Below are positions 34,170 to 41,146 of a stretch of DNA of 62,372 nucleotides, piece after piece. The notes beneath the pieces are model-generated. The model saw only the letters and a list, made by a program, of their open reading frames with translations. It was not told the origin of the DNA and made no database searches. The stretch is from a virus: IMG/VR virus record IMGVR_UViG_3300001202_000002, positions 1 through 62,372 of that record. One strand, 5' to 3'. The position numbers and the translations under genes were made by a program. The stretch's first letter is position 1. Every line of letters begins with the position of its first letter.

Positions 34170-34663
34170 TAAATTTATCAGTAACTAAGCAATTGATGAC
34201 CGATTTTGTCAACGATGTATACGATGCGTTGGAGGGTCAGTTTCCCAGGTTTCTAGTAGAGGAATGGAAGGACAAGGTTACGTATTGCCGAGCGTATGCT
34301 GAAGGTTATCGTAACGAAGAGGCTACCGATATTATAAAGGTATGGAACGCCACGAATAACGCGGAGACGGGGAAAGATCTTTCCTTGTCTCAGTATGTGG
34401 ATTCGATAGTTCTTGAGGCCAGAGAATACGTAAAAATGCGTCAACTGCTGGCTAATATTTACAAGACATCCTTACGTGAAGTAGGTATCACAATGGCGAC
34501 CGATCCTACTAACGTACCTGAAGTATTATTCGAAATAATATCCAATGTTCAAAAGTCCCTCAAAGTTTTGGCTAATGGCGATGCTGAATTAGAACAGCAA
34601 TTGCAAGGTTTGCTGTTCGAAATGTCTGAGAAGTTGGAAGAGGTAATTACTGATGGCCCGTAA
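34166..34663 (+). CDS. virion-module hypothetical protein
   Basis: Track ORF in operon context. Confidence 0.55.
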   Translation: MINLSVTKQLMTDFVNDVYDALEGQFPRFLVEEWKDKVTYCRAYAEGYRNEEATDIIKVWNATNNAETGKDLSLSQYVDSIVLEAREYVKMRQLLANIYKTSLREVGITMATDPTNVPEVLFEIISNVQKSLKVLANGDAELEQQLQGLLFEMSEKLEEVITDGP

Positions 34664-35552
34664 CAGATTAATATTTTCCAGTGTGAATAATGAAACAATA
34701 CCTCATGAGATCAGACTCTTTGATAGCGCGGGTGCTCAGGTCGGGGCTGTTATTCCTGCAACTGGGGGTGATCCTGGTAGCTTTATTCATTTTGCTGATA
34801 TTCCTGCTGCTACGGCTACGGGCTGGTACACCTTCGTCGGTTACCGCACGAGCAATGGTCGGGTACGATCCGGAGGTGACTTCTATTGGGACAATGCGGA
34901 AGGATGTATCATCGACACAGAAGAGGTTGAACTCGAAGTTGCTGATGTGGAGACTGCGGTTGGCAATGCTCTTGGTACATTTGGAGTTGCAACTGCGACT
35001 GACGTTACAAATGCTCAAGCCGCAATCATTGCAGCGATCCCCTCTGCGGTGGATATTGCAGTCGAAGTTGAAGCAGCTATTATTAATGATGCAGATGGAC
35101 AAACTGCCCTGGCGGCAATCTCAGCAGCGGTCGAAGCCGCCATTGGTAACGAGACGGACGGCAATGCTACAATCGCTGCGTTCCAGGGGGCAGTAACCGC
35201 AGGTCTTATTGCGTTTGGTCCGGCCACTAGTGCGGAGCTCACAGCCTGTTGCGATGACATAAGGGATGATATTGCGGCATTAAATAATTTGAGCGCTGCG
35301 GACATCAACACAGCCCTGGCGGCATACGGAGCAGCCACATCCGGAGATGTCACAGGGGCTGCAGGATTAACTCCCACACAGGAAGCAATTCTGACACTAA
35401 TACGAGATATTGCCGAAGCTGATGAGGTGTATAATTCCAGCACAGGTGTGGCTCAGAAATTACTCAAAGGCACTAGTACTATCCTTGTTGATAAGATAGT
35501 GTCTACTAATACAGCGTGCGTAGTTGACACTACGTTGACGGAGGCTCCATGA
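34653..35552 (+). CDS. Ala-rich repeat virion-module protein
   Basis: Track ORF with periodic A..AAI..A segments. Alternative-frame ORFs in the track are artefacts of the Ala-rich composition. Confidence 0.55.
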   Translation: MARNRLIFSSVNNETIPHEIRLFDSAGAQVGAVIPATGGDPGSFIHFADIPAATATGWYTFVGYRTSNGRVRSGGDFYWDNAEGCIIDTEEVELEVADVETAVGNALGTFGVATATDVTNAQAAIIAAIPSAVDIAVEVEAAIINDADGQTALAAISAAVEAAIGNETDGNATIAAFQGAVTAGLIAFGPATSAELTACCDDIRDDIAALNNLSAADINTALAAYGAATSGDVTGAAGLTPTQEAILTLIRDIAEADEVYNSSTGVAQKLLKGTSTILVDKIVSTNTACVVDTTLTEAP

Positions 35553-35749
35553 GTTTCATGGCTGTAAATTTTGATTGCTGCGTTAGCACCGGAAGTGGTG
35601 GAGACGCCACCGCTGCTAACCAGGCTACTATCTTGGCGCAATTGGCCGCACTGAAAGTGTGCGCCGATGCAATTCAAGAAGATGTTACCGATGTACAGAC
35701 CGGCGTCGATAATTTGGAAACTACGGTCATTAATCCTGAAGCTTGTTAA
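35549..35749 (+). CDS. hypothetical protein ending ...PEAC
   Basis: Track ORF. Confidence 0.5.
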   Translation: MSFMAVNFDCCVSTGSGGDATAANQATILAQLAALKVCADAIQEDVTDVQTGVDNLETTVINPEAC

Positions 35750-35773
35750 CTTAAATTATAGGAAACTTTTACA

Positions 35774-36136
35774 ATGTCTTGTTCACGTACACAATATTTA
35801 TTTCAAAGAGGCGGCACTGCGTGCATGCCTTTCAGTTATCTGGGTGTTGATCGCCAGCCGATTGATCCAGATGCGTTACCCACACTAACTAACCTTAGCG
35901 TTAACGGCGAGTCTGTTACCCCTACTGCTGCGATGAATATCGTCATTGAGCAGGTTCAGGATACAACTCCTGCTGCTATTGTGGGTGAATATCAGATCTG
36001 TTTTGATCCGTCAGCTTTTGAAGCTAACGATGATCTTGACTTCATTGTAGATGCTGCTGTAGGTGGAGTTCCTCTACGTGTTAGTCGCAGTGCAATGGTT
36101 AAAGATGTGATCGCAGAGCGTCCTGAAGCCTGCTAA
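35774..36136 (+). CDS. hypothetical protein ending ...PEAC
   Basis: Track ORF. Confidence 0.5.
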   Translation: MSCSRTQYLFQRGGTACMPFSYLGVDRQPIDPDALPTLTNLSVNGESVTPTAAMNIVIEQVQDTTPAAIVGEYQICFDPSAFEANDDLDFIVDAAVGGVPLRVSRSAMVKDVIAERPEAC

Positions 36137-36609
36137 TGCATTTAGCTCCAGGATTAAATGGCAGTGTGGTTTTCAATGTTTCTTTGGGTGGTACTCGAAG
36201 CGACATTGGAACCCCTGCCATAATCATATTACGTAACGGAATTGTCACTACAGTACCGGTAACAATAGATGATTCTATTGTAGGTCGATATGTTGGCAAT
36301 TTTACCGTGCCTACCAATTGGGTAGAGTATGACGAAATCCATGCTATATTCACTTTAACTTATATGCTAGGTACAATGGAGCAAGAATTAGAATGCTCCA
36401 AATCCGTCGGGGTAGTAACGATAACTCCGCAGACTACAGAATTTATAGCCGATCTCCTGGTGGCCGATCAAATCAAAATTGATAACCTGGACGGCACGTA
36501 TACAATCAAATACTTTCAGGAGGGTAGCAACCAGACCGTCCTACTTCACGAACAGATACAGACAGGAGACCCTTGCAATGATCCGAAGGTGACTTTAATT
36601 GCAACGTAG
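36136..36609 (+). CDS. hypothetical protein
   Basis: Track ORF; its ATG overlaps the upstream stop by 1 nt (TAATG). Confidence 0.55.
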   Translation: MHLAPGLNGSVVFNVSLGGTRSDIGTPAIIILRNGIVTTVPVTIDDSIVGRYVGNFTVPTNWVEYDEIHAIFTLTYMLGTMEQELECSKSVGVVTITPQTTEFIADLLVADQIKIDNLDGTYTIKYFQEGSNQTVLLHEQIQTGDPCNDPKVTLIAT

Positions 36610-37204
36610 AGTCGCAGATCTTAGCGAAGAAGAATTGGAGAAGCGACGAGCATCGGATAGGGCTCGTTACGCCAGGAACGCTGAGAAAAATAGAGAACGT
36701 AGACGGAAATACGTTTTAAATAATAAAGAAAAAGTAGCTGAGGCTAAGCGTAAATGGTGGGTGAATAATAGAGAACGACTATTAGAATATCACTCTCAGT
36801 ACAGAGAATCTAACGCTGACAAATTGAGAGAGAACGCTAGAACTAGATCGAGAGAATTTACAAAACGAAAGCAATCCGGAACCATGACCGATACGGACAT
36901 GAATAATCATTTAGCCAGAACTCTGAGAGGTAGGTTACGTCAAGCTATCAAAAATAATTACAAAGGTGGATCTGCCGTAACCAGTCTAGGTTGCTCCATA
37001 GCGGAACTCAAAGAATATTTGGAGACCCTTATGACATCAGACATGACTTGGGAAAATCACGGGACCGTGTGGCATATAGATCACATCCTACCCCTGGCGG
37101 CGTTCAATCTGGAAAACTCAGAAGAGGTAGACATTGCGTGTCATTTCACAAATCTGCAGCCTTTGAGCTGTTTCGATAACATATCGAAAGGTTGTTCGAC
37201 GTGA
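36599..37204 (+). CDS. HNH endonuclease (paralog 2)
   Basis: WHIDHILPLAAF...TNLQPLSCFDNISKG, with a basic N-terminal domain carrying R..Y...N.E repeats. Confidence 0.85.
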   Translation: MQRRVADLSEEELEKRRASDRARYARNAEKNRERRRKYVLNNKEKVAEAKRKWWVNNRERLLEYHSQYRESNADKLRENARTRSREFTKRKQSGTMTDTDMNNHLARTLRGRLRQAIKNNYKGGSAVTSLGCSIAELKEYLETLMTSDMTWENHGTVWHIDHILPLAAFNLENSEEVDIACHFTNLQPLSCFDNISKGCST

Positions 37205-37650
37205 TAGGCACGTCTCCTATATCTCATCTGGCCAAGCAGGCGATTTTCGGATCGTCTATCCTGGGTTGCTGCTGCAAACCTGTTGATGAAGTGGTGACCG
37301 GTGGCGGGGCTCAATTCCCAGATGAGTCACAAGACCTACCAGTAGTCAATGAGAACCCCCTTGTAGCTTTCCAGCCAATACCCCCTACACCTACGCCAGG
37401 CATTGAATTAGTGCCCAATGTGACCGAGAAACAGGTCTCTCTGCGGCGTGTTTCAAACTATGATATACTCCCGTCTGAAGGTATGGTTTCACGCCTACGT
37501 CGAGTTCCTGTCGGACCAAAGGTTCCTGGCATTGACTTTGCATTACGTGAAGCATTCCACAATTTTATGATTTGGGAAGAAGACGAGTTTCTGGCTCTTA
37601 TTCTTGCCTCCGATGACGACGAGTGTTGCTATTGTGTCTGCCCTGACTGA
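37192..37650 (+). CDS. hypothetical Cys-cluster protein (GCCCKP ... ECCYCVCPD)
   Basis: Track ORF. The likely true start is the GTG at 37201, which overlaps the HNH stop. Confidence 0.45.
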   Translation: MFDVIGTSPISHLAKQAIFGSSILGCCCKPVDEVVTGGGAQFPDESQDLPVVNENPLVAFQPIPPTPTPGIELVPNVTEKQVSLRRVSNYDILPSEGMVSRLRRVPVGPKVPGIDFALREAFHNFMIWEEDEFLALILASDDDECCYCVCPD

Positions 37651-37858
37651 CGAACAGTTGAAAGTTGAGAAGCTCTGCAAAGATGCTTTGAAAGCTGTGA
37701 ACAGCGGTTCCAAAAGTCATATTATTCAGCACGTATCCAATCTTCAAATCATCGAACTAGAACGGCTTATGGAGCAATCTGACCTCGTGAAAATTCACAG
37801 GGCGCAGGGTGCTGCTAAAGCTTATCAGTCAATTATTGAACTGCTTGCAGGACAATAA
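37604..37858 (+). CDS. hypothetical protein
   Basis: Track ORF; the start is uncertain. Confidence 0.45.
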   Translation: MPPMTTSVAIVSALTDEQLKVEKLCKDALKAVNSGSKSHIIQHVSNLQIIELERLMEQSDLVKIHRAQGAAKAYQSIIELLAGQ

Positions 37859-37977
37859 TTGACACAACCAGAAGAACCCGCTTCCAAGCGGTGACTCTCA
37901 GATCTAAAACCTCCTGAAGGTGTGGTAACCGGACGGACTCGTTAGTACGACTGACTCTAAAATAGGAAATATGACTA

Positions 37978-38973
37978 ATGGCACAACGACAACCAGAAGC
38001 AGTAAGACGTAAGGCTCAATTGGCAAAGGAACTCGCGGCAGCTAATGCTGGGGGAGCTTTGACAAAGCCGGACCAAGTGCAACAGACTCCGACTAGTGTT
38101 CTGACTACCAATCCGAACAATCAGTCGCTCAATGACGGCACAGTACAACAGCAGCAACTCGAAACTGCAGCCCCCGCGCAGGAAACCCCTGGCGGCATGG
38201 CACCTAGTAAGATTCCACAAGATGATTACAAGGCACGTTTCGATAATCTACGCCAATCCAGAAACCTTGATAGGTTGAAGGTGGCCGAGCTAGAACAAGA
38301 GAACGCTAACTTAAAAGCAGCTGCACAAGCAGAAGCCGCTAAGAATGCCCCCTCTCCCCTGGCTCTGAGTGATGAAGAAAAAGCTAGTATGTCGGAAGCG
38401 GATATTGCAGCGCATGAGCGCTTAGCAGCGAAGCTTAAAGATGTATTACCGGTTTCACAAGAACCAGCAGCGCAGCCTGCGGCTCAATCACAACATGAAC
38501 TTGAATCAGAATTCTTCAACGAGATGGACTCTTTAGTCAACGGTTGGCAGAATATAAATGAAAGTCCCGTGTTTATTGATTGGCTTAAAGCTGACGACGG
38601 TTTCTCAGGCCGAACACGCCAGGAGACTTTGCTGCAGGCTCGAACATCTCTGGATTCTGCAACTGCGGTACGTATTTTTACAGCGTTTATTTCTGAAAGA
38701 GAGCAGGCAACTGCATCGCAAGCCACTAGTCAAAACGAGTTGGGTAATCAACACGTTGCGGCTACTGTAGAACCTGGACGCGGAAGCGCACAGGCAAACC
38801 CAATGACGGGTGGTTCTGAAACTGTGATTTTAACAAACGCAGATGTTCAAGAATTTTACAGACAGAAAAACCAACTAACGCGAAGGCGTAAAATGGTAGG
38901 TGAAGTTAAGCAACAATTTGATGCCCAGGAAGCAATAATCCGCAGGGCTCACGCTGAAGGTAGGATTGTTTAA
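37978..38973 (+). CDS. scaffolding protein (putative)
   Basis: Q/A/E-rich coiled-coil protein immediately upstream of the major capsid gene. Confidence 0.55.
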   Translation: MAQRQPEAVRRKAQLAKELAAANAGGALTKPDQVQQTPTSVLTTNPNNQSLNDGTVQQQQLETAAPAQETPGGMAPSKIPQDDYKARFDNLRQSRNLDRLKVAELEQENANLKAAAQAEAAKNAPSPLALSDEEKASMSEADIAAHERLAAKLKDVLPVSQEPAAQPAAQSQHELESEFFNEMDSLVNGWQNINESPVFIDWLKADDGFSGRTRQETLLQARTSLDSATAVRIFTAFISEREQATASQATSQNELGNQHVAATVEPGRGSAQANPMTGGSETVILTNADVQEFYRQKNQLTRRRKMVGEVKQQFDAQEAIIRRAHAEGRIV

Positions 38974-39015
38974 TCCCCCAGCATAAAAGTCCTGCATAAT
39001 TTGGGAGAATCCAAA

Positions 39016-40035
39016 ATGGCAGGAGTAGCACGTTCAGGTGCCGTCGCAGGTACGGCAATTCAAGGTCTCGCAAACCTAACCAATACAGGTGGTTTCGAGT
39101 TCGTAGGTTCACCAAACGACTATGTTGATTACAGTTCAACAGGTACGTCTAAATGGATTCCGGCTGTATGGTCTGGAACTATGGTGGAAAAGTTTTATGA
39201 AGCAGTCGTCTCCGCTGAGATTGCAAACACTGATTACGCAGGCGATATTTCAGGCCAAGGTGATACGGTAATAATCCGTACTACTCCTGACATCGTTGTT
39301 AGTCAGTACACACACGGCGAAAAGATTTCGTATCAGTTGCCTGAAAGTCCAAACGTAACGCTCAATATCGACCGAGCGCTGAGTTTTTCTTTCGCAGTTG
39401 ATAGTATCGACAAGTTTCAATCTGACATCGATCTGTTGTCTGACTGGACTGAAGATGCGTCTCGCCGAATGCGTATCGAAGTAGATACCGACGTGTTGAG
39501 CTATGCCGCAGCTAACGCTGGTCAGGTTGGCGCTACAGCCGGTGCTATCTCGGGCGATATAGACCTAGGTGTAACCGGTGCTCCAGTAGCACTGACTGCA
39601 GCTAACGTAATCGAGTGGATAACTAACCTAGCGTTGGTTCTCGACGAAGATAACGTGCCTGACGATGAGCGTTACCTTGTTCTGCCAGCTCGCGCTTTGC
39701 AGCTGATCAAGAACTCGGATCTGAAAGACGCTTCTCTGGCGGGTGATGCACAGTCTATCGTTCGTAACGGTATGGTTGGTATGATCGACCGGTTCATGAT
39801 CTATCAGAGTAACCTGCTACCCGCAGGCGCTGCTGGTGGTCTTGCGCCAGGTGAGTTCAGTGTTATAACTGGCCACCGTTCTGGTATGACTTTCGCAGGT
39901 CAGATCATGGACGACAAGTTGGTTCACATGCTGAACCCTGAGTCTCACGGCGAACTCGTTCGTGGTCTCATGGTATACGGTCGTGAAGTGATCTTGCCAG
40001 AATCGATTGCACACAGTGTGATCTCTTTCGCATAA
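39016..40035 (+). CDS. major capsid protein (HK97-fold type)
   Basis: Trimmed to MAGVARSG. KWIPAVWSG...YAGDISGQGDTVIIRT...LNIDRALSFSFAVD is typical of podovirus coat proteins. A strong terminator follows. Confidence 0.75.
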   Translation: MAGVARSGAVAGTAIQGLANLTNTGGFEFVGSPNDYVDYSSTGTSKWIPAVWSGTMVEKFYEAVVSAEIANTDYAGDISGQGDTVIIRTTPDIVVSQYTHGEKISYQLPESPNVTLNIDRALSFSFAVDSIDKFQSDIDLLSDWTEDASRRMRIEVDTDVLSYAAANAGQVGATAGAISGDIDLGVTGAPVALTAANVIEWITNLALVLDEDNVPDDERYLVLPARALQLIKNSDLKDASLAGDAQSIVRNGMVGMIDRFMIYQSNLLPAGAAGGLAPGEFSVITGHRSGMTFAGQIMDDKLVHMLNPESHGELVRGLMVYGREVILPESIAHSVISFA

Positions 40036-40052
40036 CAACGAAAGTGAAATGA

Positions 40053-40061
40053 TGGTATAAT
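40053..40061 (+). promoter_or_regulatory. extended -10 element TGGTATAAT
   Basis: Exact TGnTATAAT, 8 nt upstream of the terminator hairpin. Confidence 0.3.
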
Positions 40062-40068
40062 GGGATAT

Positions 40069-40093
40069 GGCCCCTTCGTGGGGCCTTTCCTTT
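40069..40093 (+). terminator. rho-independent terminator after the capsid gene
   Basis: GGCCCC-TTCG-TGGGGCC followed by TTTCCTTT. Confidence 0.75.
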
Positions 40094-40113
40094 AACTACC
40101 GGATTCATATCTT

Positions 40114-40677
40114 ATGAGTAACAAAACCTACGTCCGCGCTATGAAGCGTATCGGCACATCCAACAATTACATTCGCATATCAGAAACTAACGAACATCTT
40201 TTGCAAGATCCCAGGATGGTCGAAGTTCAATGCATAGAAACCAAAAAGGGTCTCAAAGAAGAAACTCTGAGCGCCCGAGATCTATTAGCCAGTAAAGATT
40301 TAGCACGCATCATAGGTGAAATCGTAACTCTGGATCAGAAACGCGAGTCACTAATCAAACATGCCCAATCCCTGGTGGGCGGAACAGAGGCTCTTATTAG
40401 CTCTGGTGTAGAATTACCAGAGGAACAAACAATACATGATTCCCCAGCGGCTAGAACCCAGGCGAATCAAGATAAGCAAGCAGAGAAAGGCAGGGCCGTC
40501 AAGGCTGCTCAGCGAGAGGCTGTAGCGAACACTAAGAAAGGTCGCCAGGAAAATGATAAAAAAGCCATAGCTAACGGCGCCCCGGTCACCGGAGTAGCTG
40601 CTCTACCTGCGGTTGAAATGCCTGCGACTAATAACCAAGTGGCGTTGAATAATGCCAGAACAGATGAAGACATCTGA
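40114..40677 (+). CDS. hypothetical protein, C-terminal ...TDEDI
   Basis: Track ORF. Confidence 0.55.
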   Translation: MSNKTYVRAMKRIGTSNNYIRISETNEHLLQDPRMVEVQCIETKKGLKEETLSARDLLASKDLARIIGEIVTLDQKRESLIKHAQSLVGGTEALISSGVELPEEQTIHDSPAARTQANQDKQAEKGRAVKAAQREAVANTKKGRQENDKKAIANGAPVTGVAALPAVEMPATNNQVALNNARTDEDI

Positions 40678-41146
40678 TGAAATAAAAGCGCGAGATAGGG
40701 AATATTCTCGCGCATACAGAGCCGCCAATCCTGAGAGAAGCAGAAAGGCTGCTAGTGACTATTATCAGAGAAACAAAGAGAAGGTTAGAAAACGAAAAGC
40801 TAAATACGCTAAGACTAGACGGACTGTTGATTTCGAATTTAAGATATCAAGCAATCTCAGAACTAGAATGTACGTGGCTATTAAAAATGATCAGAAATCC
40901 GGATCAGCGGTAAGAGATTTGGGGTGTTCTGTGTCCTATTTGAAAGACTGGTTGGAACTCAGCTGGGCGAAGGGTATGTCATGGACCAATTATGGTAGAG
41001 TATGGCATATAGATCACATTAAACCTTTAGCACTATTTGATTTAACAGACCGTAAGCAGTATTTAGAAGCTGCTAATTACACTAATCTTCAGCCATTATT
41101 TGCTTTAGATAACATTAGGAAAGGAGATAAATATGACAATTGCTGA
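40652..41146 (+). CDS. HNH endonuclease (paralog 3)
   Basis: WHIDHIKPLALF...TNLQPLFALDNIRKG. Confidence 0.85.
   Translation: MPEQMKTSDEIKARDREYSRAYRAANPERSRKAASDYYQRNKEKVRKRKAKYAKTRRTVDFEFKISSNLRTRMYVAIKNDQKSGSAVRDLGCSVSYLKDWLELSWAKGMSWTNYGRVWHIDHIKPLALFDLTDRKQYLEAANYTNLQPLFALDNIRKGDKYDNC

Noticed and set aside
34668-35443. Long alternative-frame and antisense track ORFs within 34653..35552
   Set aside because: Ala-rich, GC-rich codon periodicity keeps the other frames open. Only the frame continuous with the neighbouring overlapping genes is retained.
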